Assembly (NCBI GenBank): GCA_965240365.1 | Contig: OZ251218.1 | Span: forward strand, 1,594,765 to 1,658,764 | DNA length: 64,000 nt | Source: Gammaproteobacteria bacterium | GTDB taxonomy: Bacteria; Pseudomonadota; Gammaproteobacteria; Eutrophobiales; Eutrophobiaceae | Direction of reading: 5' to 3' | Shown: piece after piece, positions 1-10,712 of the stretch | Layout: each line of letters begins with the position of its first letter | How positions within the stretch are numbered: position 1 is the stretch's first letter | Notes under the pieces: generated by a model | What the model saw: only the letters and a program-made list of their open reading frames with translations | Databases searched by the model: none | What the model was told of the DNA's origin: nothing | Translations under genes and position numbers: made by a program

Positions 1-1008
1 CCTGACCAGCACGATGTAATCGTCGATATCCGCCTCGATTTTTTCCCGCGAGCGCTTGACCAGCACGCCCTGTTCTTCAAGCGGGGTGATGAGTTCAAGA
101 ATGCCGCCGATATCATCGGCGCCGGCCCGGCGAATGGTGTCAAATGGTTGGTCGCTCAGCAGTGTGCCGACGCCATCGCGGGTGAACAGTTCCTGCAATA
201 TGCTGCCGTCATGGCTCATATCAATATAATGCGCCCGCTCCACGCCGGCCTCACACGCCTTGACCCCTTCCGCCAGCAGGGCGGCCGTTGTGTCATCGGC
301 ATTCTCAATGTCCGGCCGCTCTTTTGCCTGGGCGCAGGTCAGTTGCCGAATGGTCTCGCCATGTTTGTCCTTGAAGCGCGTCGTGTTGCCGATCATGATC
401 AGCTTGTCGGCCATGAGTTCGGCCGCGATCCGGCCCGCCAGTTCAATAGAACTGAGATTAAAGACCTCGCCCGTGACGGAGTAGCCGAGCGGCGGGATCA
501 ATACAATCTCGCCGACATCAAGTCTGGTATGGATCAGCAGCCGGTCTATCTTGCGCACGCGCCCGGATAACTTGAGGTCAACCCCGTCCACCACCCCGCA
601 AGGCCGCCCTGTGACATAGTTACCCGCCGCCACCTTGATCCCGGCCGCGGCCATGGGGGAGTTGGGCAGGCCCATGGACAGGAGCGCCTCAATGCGGATC
701 TTGATGTCGCCCACGGCCTGCTTGACGCACTGGATGGCGCGCTCATCGGTGACACGTAAGCCGGCATGGTATTGCGGTGTATGATTGCGCTCCCGCAACA
801 GCGCGTCGATCTGCGGTCGCGCGCCAAAGACGATGACCGGCCGGACCGCCAGGCTGTTCAGCAGGGCGATGTCATGTATCAGGGGCGCAAAGTTTGCGGA
901 TGCCACCCCGTCTCCGGCGATCTGCACCACAAAGCGCTTGCCGCGATGGGCGTGGATATAGGGCGCGGCCCGCCGGAACCACCGCACGAAATCATTATCA
1001 TCCCGCAT
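1..1008 (-). CDS. argA: N-acetylglutamate synthase (3' end runs off the window)
   Basis: Manual translation from ATG 1008 gives MRDDNDFVRWFRRAAPYIHAHRGKRFVV..., with later GYSVTGEVFNL and LQELFTRDGVGT motifs typical of ArgA; lies directly downstream of argE. Confidence 0.93.
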   Translation of the reverse strand, partial: MRDDNDFVRWFRRAAPYIHAHRGKRFVVQIAGDGVASANFAPLIHDIALLNSLAVRPVIVFGARPQIDALLRERNHTPQYHAGLRVTDERAIQCVKQAVGDIKIRIEALLSMGLPNSPMAAAGIKVAAGNYVTGRPCGVVDGVDLKLSGRVRKIDRLLIHTRLDVGEIVLIPPLGYSVTGEVFNLSSIELAGRIAAELMADKLIMIGNTTRFKDKHGETIRQLTCAQAKERPDIENADDTTAALLAEGVKACEAGVERAHYIDMSHDGSILQELFTRDGVGTLLSDQPFDTIRRAGADDIGGILELITPLEEQGVLVKRSREKIEADIDDYIVLVR

Positions 1009-2166
1009 TTATTTAGCTCCGCAAAAATGGTGTAGCATCCGCGACAGGATATTGATCATCGGCTCAATCCGGTTGATCGGCAGATATTCATTGGGCCGGT
1101 GCGCGACCTCAATATCACCCGGCCCGAGGATGACCGTCTCCATGCCCATTTGATTAAAAAAGGGGCCTTCCGTGCCATAGGCCACGGCGCAGGCGGCCCG
1201 GCCGCTCAGTTTTTCACTGATTCGGACGATGTCGCTCTCGCGGGCGGTTTGCATGGGCGGCGTGCCGTCGAACACGGAACTGAATTCAAGCTCAAGATTT
1301 TTGCCGGCAATGGCCCGGCGAACGGTGTCATGCAGCTTTTGTTTGCAGTCGGCCAGCGACATACCCGGCAACATCCGCAAGTCCAGCGACAGTTCGCACT
1401 CGGCGCAGATGCGGTTGGCGCTGTCGCCGCCCTGAATACGGCCGAGGTTCAGGGTCGGCGCCGGGACCTTGAAATCATTATTTTGGTATTGCCGTTGTAA
1501 TTCAGCGCGCCACGCCAGCAGGGCGTTGATCACGGCATTCATGCCTTCCAGCGCGTTTTTGCCGAGCGCCGGATTACTGGAATGACCGGAATGCCCCTTG
1601 AGGTAAACGGTTTCGACAATAATGCCCTTGTGCATGTGGCACGGGACCAGGCCGGTGGGTTCGCCGATCAGGCAATAACGGCCCGGCGGCCGGCCCTCTG
1701 CCAGCAGCGCGCGGGCGCCGGCCATGCTGCTTTCTTCATCGGCCGTGGCCACCACCACCAGCGGTTTTTTAAGGTCGCCGGTCAGGCGTTCCAGCGCCTC
1801 CAGTATGATCGGAAAAAAACTCTTCATATCCGCCGTGCCCAGGCCATAGTAACGGCCCGCCTTTTTGGTCAGTACGAAGGGATCGCTGTCCCAGCCTTCT
1901 GCGTCAAAGGGCACGGTGTCGGTATGCCCGGATAACACCAGGGCGGCCGGTTCATCCGCGCTGCCGCGCCTGGCCAGCAGGTTAAATTTGCCGGGCTGAC
2001 CGGCGATCGGCTTGATCCCGGCCGCAAAGCCCAGGCCGGAAAAATAGTCCGCGAGCACCTCCACCACGGCCTGATTACTTTGATCATGGGCGGGGTCGAT
2101 ACTGCTGACCGAGGGAATGGCGATCAACTCGGCAAAGCAGGTCTCAAACTCGGGGGTTTTTCTCAT
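1009..2166 (-). CDS. argE: acetylornithine deacetylase (M20 family)
   Basis: LSGHTDTVP, GTADMK, ADEESSM, GEPT and AHRPNE motifs; start placed at ATG 2166 because the longer ORF overlaps ilvD antisense. Confidence 0.92.
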   Translation of the reverse strand: MRKTPEFETCFAELIAIPSVSSIDPAHDQSNQAVVEVLADYFSGLGFAAGIKPIAGQPGKFNLLARRGSADEPAALVLSGHTDTVPFDAEGWDSDPFVLTKKAGRYYGLGTADMKSFFPIILEALERLTGDLKKPLVVVATADEESSMAGARALLAEGRPPGRYCLIGEPTGLVPCHMHKGIIVETVYLKGHSGHSSNPALGKNALEGMNAVINALLAWRAELQRQYQNNDFKVPAPTLNLGRIQGGDSANRICAECELSLDLRMLPGMSLADCKQKLHDTVRRAIAGKNLELEFSSVFDGTPPMQTARESDIVRISEKLSGRAACAVAYGTEGPFFNQMGMETVILGPGDIEVAHRPNEYLPINRIEPMINILSRMLHHFCGAK

Positions 2167-2266
2167 GGCAGCGGGACTTATGGGTTTCCGTTTGACTTTG
2201 AATGGCGACAGGCGCTGCTGTATTCTAACCCACCTTTTACACCAATAGCGAATCCAGAGAAACAGA

Positions 2267-3946
2267 ATGAATCCCAAACTGAATAAATACAGTTCACGCA
2301 TTACGCAACCCAAGGCCCAGGGCGCCTCACAGGCCATGCTGTACGGGGCCGGCATGAGCGAGACGGATATGGACAAGGCCCAGGTCGGCATCTCCAGCAT
2401 CTGGTATGAGGGCAACACCTGCAATATGCACCTGCTGGACCTGGCGCAGAAGGTCAAGGAAGGCGTCAGCGCGGCCGGACTGATTGGCTTCCGGTTTAAC
2501 AGCATCGGGGTCAGTGACGGCATCTCGATGGGCACCGCGGGCATGAGTTATTCGCTGCAATCCCGTGAATTGATCGCCGATTCGATTGAATCGGTCATGT
2601 GCGCGCAGTGGTATGACGCCAATATCTCGCTGCCCGGCTGTGATAAAAACATGCCCGGCTGTCTGATTGCGATGGGCCGCCTGAACCGCCCCTCTATCAT
2701 GATCTACGGCGGCACGATCAAACCGGGCGACTACGCCGGTCAAAAGCTGGATATCGTGTCCGCGTTTCAGAGTTATGGGGAATTCCTCTCGGGCCGCATT
2801 GATGAGGCGGCCCGCAAGGCGATCGTAAAGCGCGCCTGTCCGGGCGCGGGCGCCTGCGGCGGGATGTACACCGCCAACACGATGGCCTCCGCCATCGAGG
2901 CGATGGGCATGAGCCTGCCCTATAGCTCATCCACGCCCGCGCTTGACCCACAAAAACTGGCAGAATGTTTCAACGCGGGCGCGGCCATCAAAAACCTGCT
3001 GGAAAAAGACCTCAAGCCAGGCGACATAATGACCCGCGAGGCCTTTGAAAACGCGATGGTGCTGATCACCGTGCTGGGCGGCTCGACCAATGCGGTCCTG
3101 CATTTACTGGCCATGGCCCGCGCGGTTGATATTGAATTGACCATTGACGATTTCCAGGCGGTCAGCAACCGCATTCCCTATCTGGCGGACCTGAAACCCA
3201 GCGGTAAATATCTCATGGAAGACCTGCATCTGGTGGGCGGCATCCCGGCGGTCATGAAGTTTCTGCTGGAAAACGACCTTATCAACGGCGACTGTCTGAC
3301 CGTGACCGGACAAACGATCAAGGAGAATCTGGCCGGGCTTGATGGCCTGAAACAGGGGCAGGCGATTATCGCGGGGCTGGACAAGCCCTTAAAGGACAGC
3401 GGCCATATCCGTATCCTCAAGGGCAATCTGGCGCCGGGCGGGGCCGTTGCCAAGATCACGGGCAAGGAGGGCCTGGCCTTTACCGGCCCGGCCAAGGTCT
3501 ATGACTCCGAGGAAGACATGCTGAAGGCGCTGGAGGAGCGGCAGATCGAAAAAGGCGATGTGATCATCATTCGCTACGAGGGCCCGAAGGGCGGGCCGGG
3601 CATGCCGGAGATGTTGACGCCGACATCGGCGATCATCGGGGCGGGTCTCGGCCGGGATGTCGCAATGATCACCGATGGCCGTTTTTCAGGCGGCTCGCAT
3701 GGCTTTATCGTGGGGCATGTCGTGCCCGAGGCCCAGGTCGGCGGCCCTATCGCGCTGGTTGAAAACGGCGATATGATCACGATCAACGCCGAAACCAACG
3801 AACTCAGCGTGGCCGTCTCCGCCCGGCAGATGGCCATGAGAAAGGCCGGCTGGTCAATGCCGCCCTACAAGGCCAGACGCGGCACGCTTTACAAATTCAT
3901 CAAGAATGTCAAGACCGCCTCCGAAGGCTGTGTTACGGATGCCTGA
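2267..3946 (+). CDS. ilvD: dihydroxy-acid dehydratase
   Basis: [32 protein letters not shown] and TDGRFSGG motifs. Confidence 0.97.
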   Translation: MNPKLNKYSSRITQPKAQGASQAMLYGAGMSETDMDKAQVGISSIWYEGNTCNMHLLDLAQKVKEGVSAAGLIGFRFNSIGVSDGISMGTAGMSYSLQSRELIADSIESVMCAQWYDANISLPGCDKNMPGCLIAMGRLNRPSIMIYGGTIKPGDYAGQKLDIVSAFQSYGEFLSGRIDEAARKAIVKRACPGAGACGGMYTANTMASAIEAMGMSLPYSSSTPALDPQKLAECFNAGAAIKNLLEKDLKPGDIMTREAFENAMVLITVLGGSTNAVLHLLAMARAVDIELTIDDFQAVSNRIPYLADLKPSGKYLMEDLHLVGGIPAVMKFLLENDLINGDCLTVTGQTIKENLAGLDGLKQGQAIIAGLDKPLKDSGHIRILKGNLAPGGAVAKITGKEGLAFTGPAKVYDSEEDMLKALEERQIEKGDVIIIRYEGPKGGPGMPEMLTPTSAIIGAGLGRDVAMITDGRFSGGSHGFIVGHVVPEAQVGGPIALVENGDMITINAETNELSVAVSARQMAMRKAGWSMPPYKARRGTLYKFIKNVKTASEGCVTDA

Positions 3947-3992
3947 GACGGCGATCGCGCCATGACCGGGTAACTGTCAATTCCACCCCATT

Positions 3993-4817
3993 GTCATTCC
4001 TGCCTGCTGTAGGCAGGCAGGAATGTATAGTTTCAAATCACTGGATTCCGGCTTTCGCCGGAATGACGACGGGGTGTTGTTTTGACTTTCCGTCATCCTG
4101 TCTGCCTGTAGCAGACAGGGCTTTAGCAGGAATGCAAAGTCACCTCATCTAAAATAAGGCGTCAGGTATCCTGGCCACGGCATCGTTAGTATCGCTCATA
4201 AATACGTCTATCGCCCCCGTCGTCATTCCAGCGAAAGCTGGAATCCAGTGGTTTATGTCATACATTCCCGCGTAAGCGGGAATGACAATCAGGCAGGACT
4301 GGCGCTCATTTCACATCGCGGCCCGCCCTCCTGGATTCCGGCTTTCGCCGGAATGACGATGAGGTGTTGTTTTGACTTTCCGTCATCCTGTCTGCCTTTA
4401 GCAGACAGGGCTTTAGCAGGAATGCAGGGTCACCTCATCTAAAATAAGGCGTCAGTTATCCTGGCCACGGCATCGTTAGTATCGCTCATAATACGCCTAT
4501 CGCCCCCGCCGTCATTCCAGCGAAAGCTGGAATCCAGTGGTGTATGTCATACATTCCCGCTCAGGCGGGAATGACAATTAGACAGAACTGGCGCTCATTT
4601 CACATCGCGGCCCGCCCTCCTGGATTCCGGCTTTCGCCGGAATGACGATGAGGTGTTGTTTTGACTTTCCGTCATCCTGTCTGCCTGTAGCAGACAGGGC
4701 TTTAGCAGGAGTGCAGGGTGACCTCATCTAAAATAAAGGCGTCAGGTATCCTGGCCACGGTATCGTTAGTATCGCTCATATCGCCCGCTATGTTAGTAAT
4801 TTAGATGAGGTGACCCT
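3993..4817. repeat. tandem array (about 2.6 copies of 290 bp) of composite palindromic repeats
   Basis: Unit restarts with CTGGATTCCGGCTTTCGCCGGAATGAC at 4041, 4331 and 4620; each full unit contains GTCATTCC...GGAATCCAG and ATTCCC-N8-GGGAAT hairpins. Confidence 0.93.
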
Positions 4818-4819
4818 TA

Positions 4820-5428
4820 TCAACTCATCGTCTTGCGGTATTGCCTGTAATAGTCGATGACCTTTCTGACATAATTCTGTGTCTCTTTGTAGGGCGGTAT
4901 CTTGTTGCCGTGCCGTTTAACCGCCGTTTCCCCGGCGTTATAGGCCGCGAGCGCCAGCCTGAGGTCGTTATTGAATAATCGTATGAGATAATGCAGATAG
5001 CGCGAACCGCCCTGGATGTTTTGTTTGGGGTCGCGGCGGTTGCTGACCCCGTATTGCCTGGCCGTCTCGGGCATCAACTGCATCAGGCCCACCGCGCCCG
5101 CGCGCGAGACGGCATTGGGGTCATAGTAGGATTCGGCCGTAATCACGGCGTGCAATAAAGTGTGCGGCAAGCGGTATAGGTTCGCCACGCTGCGGATGGT
5201 CGGGTCGAATTTTTTCTGATTCTTGCGCCAGTTCACATTCCCGGATAACACCCTGGCCTCTTCCCAGCCCTTCCAGGTCTTGACCAGACGCTTGTAACCG
5301 TCGTGCGTGGGCTTGTCGGTCAGAATAACGCGGCCGTGCTTGTCGATATAGCGATAGACATCGGCCTTGAGCGGCAGCGCGCTTGATAATAAAAGCAAAA
5401 ACAGGAGTGTTGTCTGGCTGTTGAACAT
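4820..5428 (-). CDS. lytic transglycosylase (SLT domain, DUF4124-like N-terminus)
   Basis: Signal peptide; AESYYDPNAVSRAGAVGLMQLMP, LAAYNAG and PPYKETQNYV motifs. Confidence 0.92.
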   Translation of the reverse strand: MFNSQTTLLFLLLLSSALPLKADVYRYIDKHGRVILTDKPTHDGYKRLVKTWKGWEEARVLSGNVNWRKNQKKFDPTIRSVANLYRLPHTLLHAVITAESYYDPNAVSRAGAVGLMQLMPETARQYGVSNRRDPKQNIQGGSRYLHYLIRLFNNDLRLALAAYNAGETAVKRHGNKIPPYKETQNYVRKVIDYYRQYRKTMS

Positions 5429-5471
5429 TTGATTCCTGGATCGCGCGGGCAGAGGCGCTTGTTGATGCTCT

Positions 5472-5960
5472 TTATAACAAATACAGGCTGATTTGAATAA
5501 TCAATAATGCAAACAGGGCCGCGATCACATCATCCAGCATGATCCCCAAACCGCCCCCGACATGCCTGTCCACCAGCGAGATCGGCCACGGCTTGGCAAT
5601 ATCGAACAGGCGAAAAAGCAAAAAACCCGCCAGGAGCCACACTGCCCCTTTCGGCAACATGAAAAAGGTAATCAATATGCCGACAATCTCATCCCAGACG
5701 ATGGCCGGGTGATCATGCGCCTTGAGCGCCCTTGCCGTGGCATCGCACAGATAAATGCCCGCGATCAAGGCCAGAACAACGATCAAGAGATAACCCGGCC
5801 AGTCCAGACCGGCCAGCAATAAAAAGAGCAGCACCCCCACAACACTGCCGGCCGTGCCCGGCATCCACGGCGACAGACCGCTGCCAAAGCCCAGCGACAG
5901 AAAATGTACGGGATTCAACAGCAGTCGAACCGGTACCGGTGGAGTATTATTGCTGCTCAT
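5472..5960 (-). CDS. pgpA: phosphatidylglycerophosphatase A
   Basis: GFGSGLSP..PGT, DHPAIVWDE, FRLFDIAKPWPI and GIMLDD motifs. Confidence 0.95.
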   Translation of the reverse strand: MSSNNTPPVPVRLLLNPVHFLSLGFGSGLSPWMPGTAGSVVGVLLFLLLAGLDWPGYLLIVVLALIAGIYLCDATARALKAHDHPAIVWDEIVGILITFFMLPKGAVWLLAGFLLFRLFDIAKPWPISLVDRHVGGGLGIMLDDVIAALFALLIIQISLYLL

Positions 5961-6065
5961 GGGAAGAATCAGGAAATCGTCATTCCAGCCTGCCACATAA
6001 TTGAAGATAGCCATCCGCCGGCCCGGATCGCCGCAGCCAGCTTTCGACAGTCGCCGAAGGGAGTG

Positions 6066-6284
6066 TTAAGGCATGAAAAAAAATTGAACGAAAACGACTA
6101 TAACGCCGGCGAGCGTTGCGCCGACCATCCATTTCAGTGCGGCCATGTCGCGCTCAAGTCTGATAATGTCGTTCTTCGTAGCCAGGTTTTCAGCCGAGAG
6201 GGCCTCGGCCGCCTCCCTTGCGTCTTGCTCCGGCACACCGGCCTTGAGAAAGGCTTTATACACTTCGGAGATCATCGTAGTCAT
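6066..6284 (-). CDS. small CCDC90/DUF1640-like head-stalk-anchor membrane protein
   Basis: AFLKAGVPEQDAREAAE head, LATKND neck, short coiled coil and C-terminal TM helix (LKWMVG...). Confidence 0.7.
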   Translation of the reverse strand: MTTMISEVYKAFLKAGVPEQDAREAAEALSAENLATKNDIIRLERDMAALKWMVGATLAGVIVVFVQFFFMP

Positions 6285-6375
6285 GGTTTTCTCTCGGGGC
6301 TAATAATGGTTAAGGGCAGGGCGCCTTTCTAAAAAGCCCGCAATCGCCCTATATTAGCCCATAATTTATTTTTTT

Positions 6376-6815
6376 GCCTCTTTTAAAATCCGAGTGGGTA
6401 ATGCAATAATTCTGGCTTAATTGATGACCAGTACAGAACGGAGACGGCCTGCGGGCAGCAGGTAGGCCAAAATGACAACAGTTTCGTCATTCCAGCGAAA
6501 GCTCGCCTACAGGACGTAGGTGGTAGAGCGGCGTCTGGAACAAGCCGCCGAGGAATCCACGCCTGCCTCCGGCAGGCAGGTAGCGGGGTGGCAGGTAACT
6601 CAGCGGGGTCGGTTGGAATGAGGTATTCAGATGGTCATTCCCGCTTATGCGGGAATGTATTGTATCAACCACTGGATTCCAGCTTTCGCTGGAATGACGA
6701 TGGGGTGTTGTTCCGGCTTTACATCATTCCGGCCTGCCTGCCGCAGACAGACTCATGCCATTTTCTGCACACTCAATCCACATGCGGCTTAACCCACTCG
6801 GAACTCAAAAGAGCC
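6376..6815. mobile_element. composite MITE-like repeat, copy A
   Basis: Imperfect inverted ends at 6376-6401 and 6789-6815 (CTCTTTT..TCCGAGTGGGT); 6486-6815 recurs inverted at 14373-14758. Confidence 0.75.
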
Positions 6816-6973
6816 ATTTTTTTCTACCTGATCCGCTATTTTGTCGGCCAGACGGTTCTGCAATAAGCCGCCGCAGAATCCAGAAGCGCCTGCCAAAATC
6901 TTCCAGGCCCCGTTGATGTTATGATTCATATCCTTTGCCTTCAGACAAGCAATCAGTCCACTCTTCAGAAATC

Positions 6974-8125
6974 ATGCAGGATCAAATAGTCCACACGGCG
7001 GCGCTCGACACGCCGGCCTATGTTTACGACCGGGCCGCGATAATGGCGGTATTACAACGCCTGCACAAACTCAAACGGGAAACCGGCTGCAAAATCCTGT
7101 ATTCGATAAAGTCGGCCAGTCTGGTCGGGCTGCTGGAACTGGTCAAACCGCATGTGGACGGCTTTAGTTGCAGTTCGCTGTTTGAGTTAAGGCTTGCCCG
7201 GGAACTCCTGGGCGCGAAGCAAACCACCCATATTACGACACCGGGTTATCGCGAGCCGGAGTGGGACGCGCTGATCGGTTTGAGTGACGCCGTGAGCCTG
7301 AATTCAATCCGCCAATGGCGGCGATATGCCGGGCGGATCGCGGCGGGTTCCAGTTGCGGCATTCGTATCAACCCCGAATTATCGTTTGTCGCGGATGAAC
7401 GCTACGATCCATGCCGGCCGGATTCCAAGCTGGGCATGAGCCTTGCGCAAATTGCAACGGCCAACGCGGAACAGGCGCTGGACTGGTCTTTGATACAGGG
7501 CGTTCATATCCATAATAATTGCGAATCCACCGAGTTTGAGCCGCTCCAACAAAGCGCCGAAAAGGTAATGCGGGGGCTGGCCCGTTACCCGCTCGACTTG
7601 CGCTGGATCAATCTGGGTGGCGGTTATCTGTTTCACAATGCGCCTGATTTAAGCCCGCTGACCGAACTGATCAACACCTTAAAAAGAGAATATAAAATGG
7701 AGGTCTATCTGGAACCGGGCAAGGCCATCACCGGTCATGCCGGCTGCCTGGTGGCAAGCGTGATTGATTCAATAGAGACAAAAAACAAGACGATCCTGGT
7801 GCTGGATACCAGCATTAATCACCTGCCGGAGGTATTTGAATATCAATATCAACCGCAAGTGAGGGGCGCGGCGCCGGACGGCGCATATCAATATTGTCTG
7901 GCCGGGGCCAGTTGCCTGAGCGGCGACCTGTTTGGCGATTACGCTTTCAGCGCGCCGCTCAAACCGGGCCGGCGCGTTGTCTTCGAAAACACCGGCGCCT
8001 ACATGCAGGTCAAGGCCAATCTGTTTAATGGCATCAATCTGCCGGCGGCCTACCTGCTGGAAGAAGACCACCGGCTTAAATTATTGACGCAGTCTGATTA
8101 TGCAAGCTACCGCGACCGCTTATAG
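6974..8125 (+). CDS. nspC: carboxynorspermidine decarboxylase-like PLP enzyme (fold III)
   Basis: TPAYVYD, LYSIKS, GIRINP...RYDPC..SKLG, NLGGG, LEPGKA, SCLSGD, and GAYMQVK.N.FNGINLP. Confidence 0.72.
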   Translation: MQDQIVHTAALDTPAYVYDRAAIMAVLQRLHKLKRETGCKILYSIKSASLVGLLELVKPHVDGFSCSSLFELRLARELLGAKQTTHITTPGYREPEWDALIGLSDAVSLNSIRQWRRYAGRIAAGSSCGIRINPELSFVADERYDPCRPDSKLGMSLAQIATANAEQALDWSLIQGVHIHNNCESTEFEPLQQSAEKVMRGLARYPLDLRWINLGGGYLFHNAPDLSPLTELINTLKREYKMEVYLEPGKAITGHAGCLVASVIDSIETKNKTILVLDTSINHLPEVFEYQYQPQVRGAAPDGAYQYCLAGASCLSGDLFGDYAFSAPLKPGRRVVFENTGAYMQVKANLFNGINLPAAYLLEEDHRLKLLTQSDYASYRDRL

Positions 8126-9063
8126 CATTCTGAGCGGCAACTTCAAGCACACGGACGATTCCCGGGGGCGGACCGACTGGAGGAACTACAATCCCGTTTA
8201 CGGCCCCGATATCCTGATCGACCGCTTCGAAACCCTGGATCTCTCGGCGCAGTCACAGTACACGACTCATTTAGCTCTGAGTGTTTTAATCGGTCTTTTT
8301 GGGTCTGTTTGTGTCCAGGCCTGGAGTGCTTTCTGGGGCTGATAGAGTATCCAGTTTCGCAGGGCATCAAGGCCGGTTCGGGACCATGATTTTTCGCGTC
8401 TGGCATGGGTTTTTCTCCGCATAGTCTTGCGTCCCATGGTTTTGGTGGCGCATTGATAGGCCCATGTCACGGCGAGGGCGACGACAACGAGCAAGGTGGC
8501 GAGTTTGTCGGGATGGGTGATGTGGGTATCCTCGATATTGAGGCCACGGGTCCTGGCATCGGCGAACAAGCACTCGACACCCCATCGGCGCTGTCGCCGT
8601 TGAGCCGCACAGGCTGGAAGAACCGTTGTAGACGGCGGTAATTCGAAGCGTGCAGGGCAGGGCCGGGGAACTGGCTGGCAAGATGCCACAGGTTCACCGT
8701 GCGACTGTTCGCCAAACCCAACACTAACACGGCCAGAGTTTCAAGCCGCGTCTTGCTCAGATTAAAATGCGGGCGTAATGTTGCCAATAGAGGGGCGAGG
8801 AGTGAGCCGAACATTGCGAAGACCCTGGTGGTTGAGAATCTTCAAGTCGACTCCTTTTCGCCTCTCAATGCAATAGCGTCGTGTACTATGCGGCGCAGTA
8901 CACCGGCCCAGCGCGTGGCGACCAGATTCGACTGCGTCTCTACGGGGCCGATGTGCTGAAGGACGGCGGGCGTATCGCCCGGCCCTTTGACGCCGGGGCG
9001 TTCGCCTTTACGGATATCGTGGCGTGGCGAACTATCAGTGCGAGGATCGGTTACGAGTTCTAA
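8126..9063 (+). pseudogene. 3' remnant of a TonB-dependent receptor, interrupted by an IS
   Basis: Removing the IS and one TSD rejoins ...FETLDLSAQ-YTGPARGDQIRLRLYGADVL...RTISARIGYEF* in frame; beta-barrel pattern with terminal Phe; no 5' part present. Confidence 0.65.
8254..8890 (-). mobile_element. internally deleted IS4-family insertion sequence
   Basis: TIRs CACAGTACACGAC / GTCGTGTACTATG; 9-bp direct repeat CGGCGCAGT at 8245-8253 and 8891-8899; transposase N-terminus (SNYRRLQRFF) joined out of frame to the C-terminus (RWGVECLFADARTRGLNIEDTH). Confidence 0.88.
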
Positions 9064-9098
9064 TCACCGGTTCAGCGAGCCCCTGACCGGCGCACAAC

Positions 9099-10538
9099 TC
9101 AATACCCAGGAGGTCTGCGGTTCTGCCACTGTTCTATCTGTTCTAACTGGCTTGCGACTTGAAACAAGCTGGCCTCGTCGCCGTGCCGCGCTACCAGTTG
9201 TACGCCGACGGGCAGGCCGTCAGCGCTCATGTGCACGGGCACGGACATGGCCGGCAAGCCGGCGATATTGAAAGGCGCCGTAAACACGCAATCGGGCATC
9301 ATTTTAGCGGTGTTGTAATGATGGATATCGGGATCGTCCATGCTCCACCGGCCCAGCGGTGGCGGCGGGATGTTGAGAACGGGACATACAAATACATCGA
9401 ATTCGCACAATAGCGTCGCAATCTCGATAGCCGCCTTGCGCAGGCCCTCGACGTCGTTGCTGTGCTGTTCCCCGTTAATGGTGTCCGCGTATCGCAACAT
9501 ACTCCATATCGTCGGCGACACATCGGCTTGCGTGACTTCCCGGCCAACTAACGGCGCCATATTGCCGAACAGCGCGGCGGTCTGCACCGCGATAACATCC
9601 GTGTACTGTTGCCAAACCTCGGCAAAATCCAGTTTCAGATCGAATTCCTGTACATCCCGCGAGCTGGATTCGAGCAACTTGAGCGTCTTTTCGATCGCCG
9701 CGCTGACTTCCCCGTGCTGCGAGGCGCCATCCGGGGACGACAACGTGAAGCCAATCTTCAGGTTCTTGGCCTCGATCGCTGTCGAATCGAGAAACGACGT
9801 TTCCGGTTTCGGCAGTACATACGGTTCGCCCGTCAGGCCGCCGCAGGTCACGTCAAGAAACGCCGCGCTGTCACGAACCGTTCGGGAAACGCAGTGCACT
9901 TGCGCGCCGCCGCAAAAAAGATCGACTCCGTTCGGTGACAATGTAATGCGACCGCGAGATGGCTTCAGTCCCACCAGGCCATTGAACGCCGCCGGAACAC
10001 GAATAGAACCCGCCGCATCGCTGGCATCGGCTATCGGCGTCATTCGAGCCGTAACTGCGGCGGCTGAGCCGCCACTCGATCCACCCGCCGACACGCCATG
10101 CTTCCAGGGGTTTTGCGTCACGCCGTACAGGGCCGATTCCGAAGACAGGCTCCAGCCGAGTTCCGGGCAATGGGTGTTGCCCACGGGCAGCAGTCCCGAC
10201 TCCCGGAGTCGGCGGGTCAATACCATGTCGAACGGCAGCACCAGGTCTTTGAAGTACGGGCAACTCCACGTCATCGGGTTGCCTTCCCACGCGGTAACCA
10301 TATCCTTGATCAGAAACGGCACGCCCGCAAAAACCCCGTCTTTGCGGCAGATTTCAGCCTGCTCTCTGGCCCGGTCATAGGCTTTGGACACGACGGCATT
10401 GAGCCTGGGATTGTGCCGCTCAATACGGTCGATGGCCTCATCAAGCAGTTCCAACGGCCTGACCTCACCACGCCTGACCAGAGCCGCCAGACCCAGGGCA
10501 TCGTAGTCTTCGTAACTGGTCCCGAGAATCCCGCTCAT
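9099..10538 (-). CDS. amidase signature family protein
   Basis: GVPFLIKD, GGSSGGSAAAV and SDAAGSIRVPA..GLVGLKPSRG motifs. Confidence 0.93.
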   Translation of the reverse strand: MSGILGTSYEDYDALGLAALVRRGEVRPLELLDEAIDRIERHNPRLNAVVSKAYDRAREQAEICRKDGVFAGVPFLIKDMVTAWEGNPMTWSCPYFKDLVLPFDMVLTRRLRESGLLPVGNTHCPELGWSLSSESALYGVTQNPWKHGVSAGGSSGGSAAAVTARMTPIADASDAAGSIRVPAAFNGLVGLKPSRGRITLSPNGVDLFCGGAQVHCVSRTVRDSAAFLDVTCGGLTGEPYVLPKPETSFLDSTAIEAKNLKIGFTLSSPDGASQHGEVSAAIEKTLKLLESSSRDVQEFDLKLDFAEVWQQYTDVIAVQTAALFGNMAPLVGREVTQADVSPTIWSMLRYADTINGEQHSNDVEGLRKAAIEIATLLCEFDVFVCPVLNIPPPPLGRWSMDDPDIHHYNTAKMMPDCVFTAPFNIAGLPAMSVPVHMSADGLPVGVQLVARHGDEASLFQVASQLEQIEQWQNRRPPGY

Positions 10539-10712
10539 ACGCTACCACCGATAAATGTAGTCATTGACATAGTTGTAATTCATGGCCCATTTTCTACCTT
10601 GTCCGCGAAGCCTTGGAAAAGCTGACCTTCGATCGAGTCTGCGCCAGACCGCCAGCGGTTCTGCATGTATGCTTCTGTCATGGTCTTTTCCTTGTTAATG
10701 AGCGCATAACAT

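Noticed and set aside
2167-2544. N-terminal extension of the 511-aa argE ORF
   Set aside because: It overlaps ilvD on the opposite strand; M20 homology starts near ATG 2166.
3993-4817. CRISPR array
   Set aside because: The period is about 290 bp, the intervening sequences are near-identical rather than unique spacers, and no cas genes are in the window.
9340-10380. Long antisense ORFs (also 11836-12966, 30452-31480, 53464-54369, 58200-59159)
   Set aside because: They are shadows of well-supported genes in GC-rich DNA and have no recognisable motifs.
10580-10682. 33-aa ORF between dps and the amidase gene
   Set aside because: It has a plausible RBS but no recognisable similarity; it may be a gene fragment and cannot be supported as a CDS.
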